A stretch of DNA of 64,000 nucleotides from the sequence record NZ_CP128206.1; one strand, written 5' to 3'. Source of the stretch: a plasmid. Positions 54,105-63,560 of the stretch are shown one piece after another (the first letter of the stretch is position 1; each line of letters starts with the position of its first letter). The notes under the pieces were generated by a model. It saw nothing but the letters and a program-made list of their open reading frames with translations, had not been told where the DNA came from and did no database searches. The position numbers and the translations under genes were made by a program.

Positions 54105-54187
54105 AATGTGTCTCCATTAGACAAAAAAATGGGACACATTACCCCTACGGGCTTTGTGTCCCGTTTGGGGTTTGAATTAATATCGAC

Positions 54188-54303
54188 CTATTTATCTAGA
54201 TGATACTTTTTGCTGTAGTGCTTGACGACTTGCCATCCGACAATACCAAGTATTGTCACAAAGCCAATACACATACCAAGATAGATTAGTGCGCCAGTAG
54301 TCA
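54188..54303 (-). CDS. Small membrane peptide, 38 aa (MTTGALIYLGMCIGFVTILGIVGWQVVKHYSKKYHLDK)
   Basis: Strong AAGGAG SD 6 nt upstream. Immediately upstream of the TraN-like gene on the same strand. Confidence 0.4.
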
Positions 54304-54354
54304 TATGATTCTCCTTTTCGATAAGTATAACAAAGTGGCGTTTTTTAAACCAAA

Positions 54355-54588
54355 TTATTCCTCTCCATCGCTGTTTTGAACCATATCACCTATCACCAAG
54401 CCCACATCAATAATCACATAGGCGAGCATAAATGCTATACCGACTGCAATTGTGATGACGTTCATTGGGATATTGTCTGCTGTGCTAACTAAGTTGATTC
54501 CTCCTGTGACCATTATACCTGCGCCTATTGCTAGGAACACATTGGCAAACGCTCGAAGAAATGCTTTTTTTATAATATTCATACGCAT
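54355..54588 (-). CDS. Small membrane protein, 77 aa, two TM helices
   Basis: GAGGT SD upstream. First gene of the minus-strand block. Confidence 0.45.
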   Translation of the reverse strand: MRMNIIKKAFLRAFANVFLAIGAGIMVTGGINLVSTADNIPMNVITIAVGIAFMLAYVIIDVGLVIGDMVQNSDGEE

Positions 54589-54732
54589 TACCTCATTTGT
54601 TATTTTGAATATTTAATAACAGAGATAAACGTATGGCCCGTAAGGGATAGTTTATCCCCGTTGGGCTGAACACATCGTCAAAGTAAAAACTTATCGGATG
54701 GTAAAGAGTGACCGTTATTGGTCAATTGAAAA

Positions 54733-55786
54733 GGCCTTGTTGCTTAAATCAATGGAACTAAATCAGGAAGCTACGATCTGATCGGCTACACCCATCAATC
54801 GTCGTAGCCTCATGCCTAAACCTCGTTACAAAACAACTAACTGGAAGCAGTACAATAAATCCTTAATCAACCGTGGTTCTCTGGCCTTTTGGATTGATGA
54901 GGAAGCGATAGCTGAGTGGAAGCAAAACAAACAAGGCAAGCGTGGTAGACCTCGCCGATTCAGCGACTTAGCCATTACTACCGCACTGATGGTGAAACGC
55001 GTTTTCTCTATGCCCTTGAGAGCGCTGCAAGGTTTTCTAGACTCCGTATTTAAGCTGGCTAACATCCCGCTTGTTTGCCCGCACTACACCTGTATAAGCC
55101 GCCGAGCTAAGGAAGTTGAAGTTTCATTTAAAACCAAAACCAGAGGAGCAATACAACATCTGGCCATTGATGCCACTGGCCTCAAGGTTTATGGCGAAGG
55201 TGAATGGAAGGTCAAGAAGCATGGAACTGATGGGAAGCGAAGAGTCTGGCGTAAGCTGCATATCGCGGTAGATACAAGCACCCACGAAATAGTCGCAGCA
55301 GAGCTGAGCTTATCTAACGTAACTGATGCCGAAGTGCTCCCCAACTTACTCAAGCAAACACGTCGTAAAATCATTGAGATATCAGGCGATGGGGCTTATG
55401 ACACAAGGAATTGCCATGATGCCATACGGATCAAGCGAGCTGTTCCGCTCATCCCGCCAAGAGAAGGAGCAGCCTTCTGGGAACAAGGGCATCCTCGTAA
55501 CTTAGCGGTAGGTTGCCAGAAGCTCTACGGCTCCAACAAGAAGTGGAAAAAGCGGTATGGCTATCATAAGCGCTCTCTATCAGAGACCGCAATGTACCGA
55601 GTAAAACAGCTGCTAGGTGGGAAATTAAGCCTGAGGAACTACAACGCTCAAGTTGGCGAGACTTACGCTATGATTAAAGCCCTGAATAAGCTTACAGGGC
55701 TTGGCATGCCTGAAACACAGTATATCGGTTAAGAATTAAGCACAATGGGGCAGGCATGGCTTATCTATGAATTAAGCAACAAAGCC
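54733..55786 (+). mobile_element. IS5-family (IS903 group) insertion sequence, copy 2, inverted relative to copy 1
   Basis: IRs GGCCTTGTTGCTTAAATC at 54733 and ...GCAACAAAGCC at 55786. Transposase 54812-55732. Confidence 0.85.
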
Positions 55787-56569
55787 TTTAATAATATCAA
55801 TTTCGCTGAACCATTCCTGTGTGCTCCAATCGCTCGTATTTTGACTAGTTCGAATCATCACCGTTTGACCAATCATCGTTTGAGCTTTGTTCAAAACTTC
55901 TAATGCAGACTCTTTGTATTTAGTAATACTCATTTTTCTGGTATCGCCTGTACTATTTTTGATGATAATAATTGAACCTACTTTCGATGCTGATACCAGT
56001 GTTCCAAAGTCATTCCACACAAAATTGTTCATTTCTAAAACCTTATAAACGGTTGTACGACTGCATCCTAACTCTTTACTAATAGCATGCTTGTTCATTC
56101 CCTGCTCAGCAAACGCTTCTATGCGTTCATGTAGTTGCTTATCAGGAAATCGTCCGATGTGCCTGCCTTCAGCTTTAGCTCTCTCCCTGCCCTCGTTACA
56201 GCGCTGTAAGATACGTTTTCTTTCCATTTCTGCGAAAGCGGAAATCGTTGTGTAAATGACCCGTCCCACATCACTATTGATGTCTAAATCCCCGAGGTCA
56301 TGAAACACCAGTCCAGCCCCCTTATCTGAAAGCTCATCGGCAATCTTAAGAGCATCTATCGTATTACGTGCAATGCGGTCCACTTTAGTTACATGGATAA
56401 CATCACCTTCACGGGCAAACTCGATCAAGCGAGAAAGCTCTTCACGATCAGCCGACTTTCCGCTGGCTTTTTCCTGGAATACTTTCTCACATCCTATCGA
56501 TTGAAGTTGCTCAAGCTGAACATTCAGAGTTTGGTCGTCAGAACTAACACGGGCATAGCCGATTTTCAT
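55772..56569 (-). CDS. Serine recombinase (resolvase/invertase family) with an 80-aa C-terminal extension
   Basis: MKIGYARVSSDDQ catalytic Ser motif, HTH around residues 150-185, then an extra domain. Confidence 0.75.
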   Translation of the reverse strand: MKIGYARVSSDDQTLNVQLEQLQSIGCEKVFQEKASGKSADREELSRLIEFAREGDVIHVTKVDRIARNTIDALKIADELSDKGAGLVFHDLGDLDINSDVGRVIYTTISAFAEMERKRILQRCNEGRERAKAEGRHIGRFPDKQLHERIEAFAEQGMNKHAISKELGCSRTTVYKVLEMNNFVWNDFGTLVSASKVGSIIIIKNSTGDTRKMSITKYKESALEVLNKAQTMIGQTVMIRTSQNTSDWSTQEWFSEIDIIKGFVA

Positions 56570-56769
56570 GATAGAGGCCTTAAAGTGAACAATAAGATAA
56601 GCAGTAATTAGTGTACATGTTCACTAATAATAATTAAGACTAACTGAACAGTTTTGTGATGGGTGCTTCATTATGTCCATAAAGGTACACCTTTATGGAC
56701 ATTTAGTCATAACATTCGAATAGTTTAAATCGTTCGATTCGTTTATAATTAACCCAAAGGAGAGTAACT

Positions 56770-57015
56770 ATGCAATCATTAACAGCAAATACAGCAAAAA
56801 CCAAATTTGGCGATTTACTGATGAAGGTTCAGCGTGAACCCGTGCAAATCAGTAAAAATGGCTCACCGGTTGCGGTGATGATGTCCTGTGAAGAATATGA
56901 GCAATTAGAAGCACTCAAGATGATGCTGGTTAAATCTCGTTTTGAACAGGCAGAAATTGATATCAGGAATGGCGATCTGGTCGATGGTGATGAATTTATG
57001 AAATCTCTGGCTTAA
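56770..57015 (+). CDS. Type II antitoxin, Phd/YefM family
   Basis: 81 aa. TKFGDLLMKVQREPVQISKNGSPVAVMMSCEEYEQL is typical Phd/YefM. Confidence 0.75.
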   Translation: MQSLTANTAKTKFGDLLMKVQREPVQISKNGSPVAVMMSCEEYEQLEALKMMLVKSRFEQAEIDIRNGDLVDGDEFMKSLA

Positions 57016-57029
57016 GGGTTAATGTTTTC

Positions 57030-57332
57030 ATGAGCAGTTATAAGCTTTCACCTTTAGCCCAGTCTGATCTCACTGATATTCGTCGTTACACCATAGAACA
57101 TTGGGGCAGTACTCAATGGTCCGTCTATTTTAATGAATTACAGGAATCGATGTCATTGCTGGCAAGTAACGAACTGATCGGAATTCAGATCCCGGAAATG
57201 GGAGAGCGATACTACCGTTTTCCTCTGAAGCACCATGTGATTTATTACATCACTCAGGAAGACCATATCGTTATCGTCGCTGTGCTGGGTAAGCATATGT
57301 CTCCTGCAAAACATTTTGCGTCTATTTCTTAA
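57030..57332 (+). CDS. Type II toxin, ParE/RelE superfamily
   Basis: 100 aa, 14 bp downstream of the antitoxin. YRFPLKHHVIYYITQEDHIVIVAVLGKHM is the typical ParE/RelE C-terminus. Confidence 0.7.
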   Translation: MSSYKLSPLAQSDLTDIRRYTIEHWGSTQWSVYFNELQESMSLLASNELIGIQIPEMGERYYRFPLKHHVIYYITQEDHIVIVAVLGKHMSPAKHFASIS

Positions 57333-57931
57333 TTTTTTAATTTCCGGCGAATAATATAATCACGCAATGTGCTCGGTGCTTCATCTATCAACTTTGCCGT
57401 AGGCCGGATACCTAGCCCCATTTTGAGGTATTTTTCGATTTGATCACGTTTAGCGTCCAGCTTTAATTTATTTGCCGGCCCTTTAGGTCTGCCAAGAATT
57501 ACCCCATCCTTTTTGCGTGCCGCCAGTGCTTCTTTGGTCCGCATCGAGATAAACTCGCGTTCAATCTCAGCGGCGAGCCCAAGCACTGTTGCGGTAATTC
57601 TGGCCTGCATAGAGCCGTCCAGCTGCATGTTCTGTTTGGCTATGTACACATCGATTTTTTTCTCCATGCATACTTCCAACACTTCAAGTACCTGTAAGGT
57701 AGAACGGGCGATACGGCTCACTTCGGCAAAAATGAGTTTATCTCCGGATGTCATGCCCTCTATCAGAGCTCCGAGTTTGCGCTCGTGCCATTTTTTCTTG
57801 CCTGTGACGATGTCTTCAACAAAGCAAAGACCGGATAAACCAACTTTGTTGGCGTATTCATAGATACCGTGCTTTTGGTTAGCAACATCCTGGCTGTCGG
57901 AAGATACTCTAAGGTAGGCGTAGTGGGTCAT
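57329..57931 (-). CDS. Serine recombinase / resolvase, 200 aa
   Basis: MTHYAYLRVSSDSQ, with a C-terminal HTH. Confidence 0.75.
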   Translation of the reverse strand: MTHYAYLRVSSDSQDVANQKHGIYEYANKVGLSGLCFVEDIVTGKKKWHERKLGALIEGMTSGDKLIFAEVSRIARSTLQVLEVLEVCMEKKIDVYIAKQNMQLDGSMQARITATVLGLAAEIEREFISMRTKEALAARKKDGVILGRPKGPANKLKLDAKRDQIEKYLKMGLGIRPTAKLIDEAPSTLRDYIIRRKLKN

Positions 57932-58081
57932 GGCAATCTCCTTTTGTTCAGGAGTGTTATAACAATCCCAGACATAAAAAAGGTGTGCGATTACCTGGAT
58001 TGTGACCTTTAAAAAATAAAAAGAAGAAAGAAATGTAATTGTTATTGTTGTGGTTAACTGTGTAAATCTTTGATTTTCCAG

Positions 58082-58090
58082 TTATCCACA
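58082..58090 (+). promoter_or_regulatory. Consensus DnaA box TTATCCACA in an AT-rich origin region
   Basis: Exact 9-mer. Followed by AT-rich CTATAGATCT-type repeats at 58090-58200. Confidence 0.6.
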
Positions 58091-58206
58091 TCAGCTATAA
58101 AGATCTATAGATAACTATTAAAACTATACAGACTATAAATCTATAAGATCTATAGTTTATGTAACGTACTGATTATTAATAATAAAAATAGCATTTATGA
58201 TCCTAT

Positions 58207-58360
58207 TTTAGGTATTTAGATAACACTATTCAGGTTGAAATGATCTTATTTCAGGTGTGGTTGATCACTTATCAGGTGAATAGATGACACATTTCAGGTG
58301 TTAATGATCGTATGTCAGGTGTTTAGATGACAGTTTTTAGGTGTCCGGAAGTCAGATCAG
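58207..58360 (+). repeat. Seven about-22-bp direct iterons (core YAGGTG...AGATGA), the plasmid oriV
   Basis: TAGGTATTTAGATAACACT, CAGGTTGAAATGATCTTAT, CAGGTGTGGTTGATCACTT, CAGGTGAATAGATGACACA, CAGGTGTTAATGATCGTAT, CAGGTGTTTAGATGACAGT and TAGGTGTCCGGAAGTCAGA, at 21-22 bp phasing. Extra inverted copies at 58390-58480. Confidence 0.75.
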
Positions 58361-58540
58361 GCACTTACTGAGCATGGCGGATGTATTACAGCGATTACTA
58401 CACCTGATTTCTGTCTTTGATACCGCTTAAGTATCACATTTTAGGTGGATCTCGTTCTTTACACCTAAAATGTGTCATACATCACGTGGATATACCTTAT
58501 TTATGTCCGTTGTGGGAGATAAGCACCTAAATTATGTCTG

Positions 58541-59635
58541 CTAGTACTCTGGGTTGTTACTGATTTCTGACAGGGTTTCTATCTTATCCAGCAGCGAATC
58601 AACTTCATTCTGAGTGTTTTCTTCTTGTTCTGCTTGTTGCTTAAGGTGACGTTTCGATAAGCTCTCTTCCACTTTGATGGCGTGTTCTTCTTTCCCTATG
58701 TAACGATAAGCAATCGCCAGGGACTCGAGCTCTGCTTTAGAAAGGCGAATGTTGTTTTGCAGCCTTTTAAGCTCAAGTTCCCGAATTGTTTTCAGTGCGT
58801 CATGCTGATTGAGTTCGTCTACAGTGCCGAGCTTTATCCAGCGGAACAGGAACTTGATCCCAGTGATGGTCCGGCCTTTCTTGATCACTTCAAATCCTTT
58901 TTCTCCGCTATCGCTTTCGAGAAATAGAAGTTCTTTTCGGATCTGTGGATGCTCAGAGAGTTCCTTAATGCTTTCACGAATACAGCGCTTCATGAATACG
59001 CTGTTGTTCTTAAAAGAAGTCTTATCCTTTTTAAGCTTCCCTGCTTCATTAAGGAGGCCAAAGACGCCTTTCAGCTCGTCGAGCTTTTGCTGGTGCATTT
59101 CAAAGCCTTTGTCTTTGAAGCGGCTCAGCAGCTCATAAAGGCGCTTGGAGTATTCTTTTTTTACATCAAAGAAATTACGGGTGTTGATCAAGGCAAATCC
59201 CTGATTGTACTCGATGTATTCAGATTTAAGCATGTCGTTAGGAACCATGGTTAATACACCATTTTTATAGGCAATATGCTTAAACAGAGGACGATAGTCG
59301 AACTCTGTATCTCCTTTTCTGGATTCGATTTTGATACCGATTTTACGGCTGGCCAGACGATTAGCTACCGGGCTTAAGTTACTGCCAATGTGTTTGGATT
59401 CAACGCCTAACCATTCTGATAACTGGTGTGAAGTGAATTCGTAATGTGGAGTGTTGGTATCCCAGTCAGCCGCTTTCATATGAGCCACCATCAGCGCAAA
59501 CATATCCGCTTCCCTGGCTGAAAGATCCTGACGGCTGAATACCAGCTGATGACCTTTCTTGATGTGCTTTGGCAGGTTGTCACTGACGACAGGATAGTAA
59601 TATTGTTCTTCGCTCATGGTTTCCATCCAAGACAT
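58541..59635 (-). CDS. rep: Plasmid replication initiator, Rep_3-type (iteron-binding RepA/RepB-like)
   Basis: 364 aa. Adjacent to the iterons and DnaA box. Winged-helix-like central region, coiled-coil C-terminus. Confidence 0.6.
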   Translation of the reverse strand: MSWMETMSEEQYYYPVVSDNLPKHIKKGHQLVFSRQDLSAREADMFALMVAHMKAADWDTNTPHYEFTSHQLSEWLGVESKHIGSNLSPVANRLASRKIGIKIESRKGDTEFDYRPLFKHIAYKNGVLTMVPNDMLKSEYIEYNQGFALINTRNFFDVKKEYSKRLYELLSRFKDKGFEMHQQKLDELKGVFGLLNEAGKLKKDKTSFKNNSVFMKRCIRESIKELSEHPQIRKELLFLESDSGEKGFEVIKKGRTITGIKFLFRWIKLGTVDELNQHDALKTIRELELKRLQNNIRLSKAELESLAIAYRYIGKEEHAIKVEESLSKRHLKQQAEQEENTQNEVDSLLDKIETLSEISNNPEY

Positions 59636-60558
59636 AACTTAGGTTAATTATTACATAATATAGGTGAGCTGAACAAATTAATACCTGGATTGTGTCACAT
59701 AAAATTTGACAGATATATTTCTCTTTTGAGGCGGCGCAAAAACAGGCGTGTAATTGTTTTGATCCTCGCTGTTTAAAGATCAGATCTTCGATCTCAGCAT
59801 GGATCTAAAAGAGATGCATAAATGAAAGTTTTTCCCCCTCAATTATGTCCGGTTCTTACATGCCGGTCGTTACGGGAAAAGACGCCAGCGACAGTAAATA
59901 AATGGGCGGCCATTGTGCTTGTACAATCAAAGAAAATGTAAGTGACAACGTGATGTCGTCTTGACGGGTGACGCCTGAGTTTTGGTTTTAACTTACTCAG
60001 GATAAACAGGTTCTACGGGTGATGATGACCCTGCCTTGCTGTTAGGTTGATTAATTTTTAACACAAACCAGTAAAGGAAACGGAAGAGAGTAACGCCTCG
60101 ACCTGCGATGGAGTGGCGAACCATGTGACTAAGCCCAGCCCTAACTAATCTGTCACAAATTTACGCACCTGATAAAACATCACGAAGAAAAACCAACATC
60201 TTAAATATTCCTGGATGGGAGAAGACAGGGTTGATGCTAACGCTTTTATGTGGCATCACCCAGCCCCGTCATAGACTTCCTATGTGCGAAAAATACGGTC
60301 GTTAATTTTAATCATCTACCCTAATCATCATCACTGTCACTTATCATCCTATTGTTTACCCCTTTCTTTCGATTAAAAACCCGCGACGCTGTGCGAGATT
60401 AACCTGTGTCCCCTGCCCTCCCGGATTGAGACGAGAGCTGGCTCCACTTTGTTCAATATACAACACCATTACATTTTTATTTCGGGTGAGTCGCAGGGAA
60501 TTTGCTCACGCTTTTTTTATTTCTCTTACCTTGTATGTTGTAGCGGTCAGGAAGAAGA

Positions 60559-61283
60559 GTATGCGATTTTTAAAACTTAGAACCGATCATAAACGCCAGC
60601 GAAAAGACGGGTCTCGTTATGTGACACCTTTAATCGTAGATACCCCTCGTCGCTTTGCGCCAAGCCGGGATCGAAAAGAAACCAGCTTACGCCGAACCCA
60701 GTGTCAGCTGATAACCGGTGCGCATGATTCGGGTAAAAGCCGGTGGCTCACCCGCCTGCGTGACAGCCGGCACGAGATCTGGGGCAGTAAACCACAACCG
60801 GTTTTGCTGGAAGGCCTGATGCCGCTTTCCAGCTGGGTGGAAGTGAAAGGGATTGAACAATGGTACGAAAATTGTCACGAAGAAGACGCCTGTTTTACTC
60901 CCTGGAGCAAGCTCAACCTGCAACTCAAAGCGGATTTACTGGCTGATTACCTGGTTGAGACTCAATCGCTGCTGTTCATCGACGATGCTCACAAGCTGAC
61001 AGGACGTAAAGCACAGATAGCGCGTAAATGTCTGCTGTCAGCAAAAACCTGGCTGATGGCCTGCAGTGAAGAAGGACGCTTGCCTCCTTCTATTCGCCCT
61101 ATTGTTGAAAGGCGTGAGCCTCAACGTATCAATCTGGAAAGTGACGTGAGTTACGACACAACGAAAGCCCTGATCTGGTTCATGGTTGCCTTATGTGTCG
61201 TTGCCGGCGCCTGGGAAGCGGGGGCTGTGATTGGGGGGCTTCAGATGTTGGGCAATGGACGGAGGTCTACCCGTGCAGATTAG
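60559..61283 (+). CDS. P-loop NTPase, hypothetical (Walker A GAHDSGKS, Walker B LLFIDDAH)
   Basis: Start chosen at MRFLKLRTDH. The track ORF begins earlier at 60426. Confidence 0.45.
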
Positions 61284-61293
61284 AGCACCCTGG

Positions 61294-62022
61294 ATGTTAC
61301 TTGGGATACTGGCTGTTAGCCAAAGCTATGCGAATGACTGGGGGATCGATTCTCCCTGGAAGGAACCTGTCGCACCTCCTCCGGAAATAAAACCATTCGT
61401 GTTACCTACTCTCACAGGAGAAGCCCCACATTACAACACCCCTGCTCCGGCTTTAAAACCTGCCCCTAAAATCGACCCTGATGTTATTTTTCAAACCGTT
61501 CTGAATTGCTACCCGGAGAAGAGTAAATTTAAGCTGGACTTAAGTCTGGTCGCGGGAATGAAAACCAATCTTGACGAGTACAACAGTGATGACTGGCCGG
61601 AAATCTCCGAGCACTATGTTGGGATTGTCGGCAAGATGCCGCTCTATTCCACGACAGAACAGTCACGGGAACGCCAGTGGGAGTATCAGCGTCGTACCTC
61701 AACCGCAACTTCGGTGGCGGCGTTTGCTCAGGCCCTTGCTGACCGTAATTATGCGTATCGTCTGATGGGACTGTATTTATCTCTCGAGGCTCGCTCACAG
61801 CAGCGTGTGGCTCAGGGGGTGGCAAGCGTTAATGAGCAAGTCGCATTACTTGAAAAGGTCGCGGGCTCTCATCGCAATGTTCTGGCGCATGAAGCCAAAA
61901 TAGTAGAGCACCGGTTAGCACTGGTTGCACTCTGTGAAGACAGCTACAGTAAGAGGGTTAATCAGTACTTGCTGGACTTAGCGTTTCTTCCTCCTCATCA
62001 GGCGGAACATCAAAGCAAATGA
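61294..62022 (+). CDS. Secreted hypothetical protein with a Pro-rich N-terminal region
   Basis: Signal peptide MLLGILAVSQSYA. Overlaps the next gene start. Confidence 0.45.
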   Translation: MLLGILAVSQSYANDWGIDSPWKEPVAPPPEIKPFVLPTLTGEAPHYNTPAPALKPAPKIDPDVIFQTVLNCYPEKSKFKLDLSLVAGMKTNLDEYNSDDWPEISEHYVGIVGKMPLYSTTEQSRERQWEYQRRTSTATSVAAFAQALADRNYAYRLMGLYLSLEARSQQRVAQGVASVNEQVALLEKVAGSHRNVLAHEAKIVEHRLALVALCEDSYSKRVNQYLLDLAFLPPHQAEHQSK

Positions 62023-62492
62023 AGTGGCTCAATCATGGTCTCATCGCTGGCGCTGTTTGTGCCGTTGTCTCGCCACCTCATGTACCCATATGCATTGCAG
62101 GAGCCACCGCTCCAGACTGGATTGAATACGTTGTTAAAGTGTTTGGTCACAATATCAAGCATCGTGGCACTACCCATATTTTTACCCACTGGCTTATCGT
62201 TGCCCTCGTCTTCACATTTGTCTGGGACTATCAGGGGGTAGGAATGGCGTTCGCATGGGGTGGTGTCAGCCATATCCTGACCGATGCCATGACCGTTTCC
62301 GGTGTTCCTTTTTCTCCCTACAGTGACAGACGTTTCCATCTGTTTGGTGGACGGTTCCGGACCGGTGACCCGGTGGAATATGCCATCTCTGCTGGCGTTG
62401 TGATTGTCTGTATCGCTTTGTCTCATATCTCCGGAGGGCAAGGTTTGCTCCATTTTTTTATGACTGGGCCGGTATGTATGAGCGCGGATTAA
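62019..62492 (+). CDS. Membrane-bound metal-dependent hydrolase, YdjM/DUF457 family
   Basis: 157 aa. His-rich TM protein (NIKHRGTTHIFTHW) typical of the YdjM family. Confidence 0.6.
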   Translation: MKWLNHGLIAGAVCAVVSPPHVPICIAGATAPDWIEYVVKVFGHNIKHRGTTHIFTHWLIVALVFTFVWDYQGVGMAFAWGGVSHILTDAMTVSGVPFSPYSDRRFHLFGGRFRTGDPVEYAISAGVVIVCIALSHISGGQGLLHFFMTGPVCMSAD

Positions 62493-62644
62493 TTGATGCT
62501 CTGGAGTGGAAAACAAACCGGTTCAGGCTGATTTAAATGGGCTGAAAGTTGTCAATATTCAGGCTGAATATCTTTTGGTTTTCGCTCCCGGTTCCATTAT
62601 CCTAACCCCTTGGTTGATAAGTTGTTTGCAGTTAGAAGAGTGAG

Positions 62645-63346
62645 ATGGGCATTAATGTTTCCAAATCAAAACTGGTGTCACTGACCGATGCCCATGAGCG
62701 ACTGGTTGTCACCCACCCGGATAAAAATCCGGTGGAGTATAACCTCGGCTTAGAGAAATACCTGACGGCGGTTTTTCAGCGTAAGAAAGCCCGGAACAGG
62801 ACCGGAGACGGTAATCCGCTCATTTACGCACTGAAGAACATGCACAGGTTCCGTATTTCGGATGAAGACAGAGCGTCTCTGTTTGGATTGATGAAGTCCA
62901 TTATTGCACGCCATTATCAGGGGGAAGTATTTGATCGTATTCTGCCTTTGCCCTCTTCAAAACCGGTGGTGTTCTGGGTGGCTCAGGCTTGTCAGGAAGC
63001 CCAGGGCGTGCCGGTTGAGCGTAATGCGTTTGTCAAAGCGACCAATGCCAATGTGCTGGCCCAGCTGCAGCAGGTGGAGAGCCACAAAGAAATTATTGAA
63101 CTGAGGAAGTTACTGGAAGCGCGCAAACCGAATGCGGTTTTTAGTATGAAAGACTTGTCGCAGTTTCAGCGTCAGTTTGTTGAGCCTGTCCGTCTGAACC
63201 CGTTTTTTACGCCCGAAGGCAGAGTGCTTTTGGTGGATGATTTGGTTTCCTCAGGTGCAACGTTTAAATCCGGCTATCGGTCGGTGAAAAACAAACATCC
63301 GGAAGTGGATATAGAATGCTTGTCGTTGCTTGGTCCGGTGACTTGA
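62645..63346 (+). CDS. Hypothetical protein with a C-terminal phosphoribosyltransferase (PRTase) PRPP-binding motif
   Basis: 233 aa. VLLVDDLVSSGATF fits the type I PRTase signature. No N-terminal Zn finger, so it is not ComF-like. Confidence 0.5.
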   Translation: MGINVSKSKLVSLTDAHERLVVTHPDKNPVEYNLGLEKYLTAVFQRKKARNRTGDGNPLIYALKNMHRFRISDEDRASLFGLMKSIIARHYQGEVFDRILPLPSSKPVVFWVAQACQEAQGVPVERNAFVKATNANVLAQLQQVESHKEIIELRKLLEARKPNAVFSMKDLSQFQRQFVEPVRLNPFFTPEGRVLLVDDLVSSGATFKSGYRSVKNKHPEVDIECLSLLGPVT

Positions 63347-63529
63347 CTCGGTAACGCAGGGACGTATAATTGAACATACAGACCGTACATGTGCTCTATG
63401 GTCTTTAAAGAAGATATGAGCGAAAGCTTATGAGCCCGAGCTGCACCCTGAAACGAGGTCAGACCATAAGGGTTGAGTATCGTTTAGTTAGGCATCGGCT
63501 AACACCATTAATTTATTAATGACAACAGC

Positions 63530-63560
63530 GCCCGGTTTATCCGGGCGCTGTTGTATCTGC
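63530..63560 (+). terminator. Rho-independent terminator candidate downstream of the PRTase-motif gene
   Basis: CAGCGCCCGG-TTTAT-CCGGGCGCTG followed by TTGTAT. Confidence 0.5.

Noticed and set aside
58207-58480. Regularly spaced about-22-bp repeats that could be mistaken for a CRISPR array
   Set aside because: The repeats are imperfect and contiguous, with no unique spacers. They lie next to a rep gene, a DnaA box and AT-rich DNA, so they are plasmid iterons and not CRISPR.
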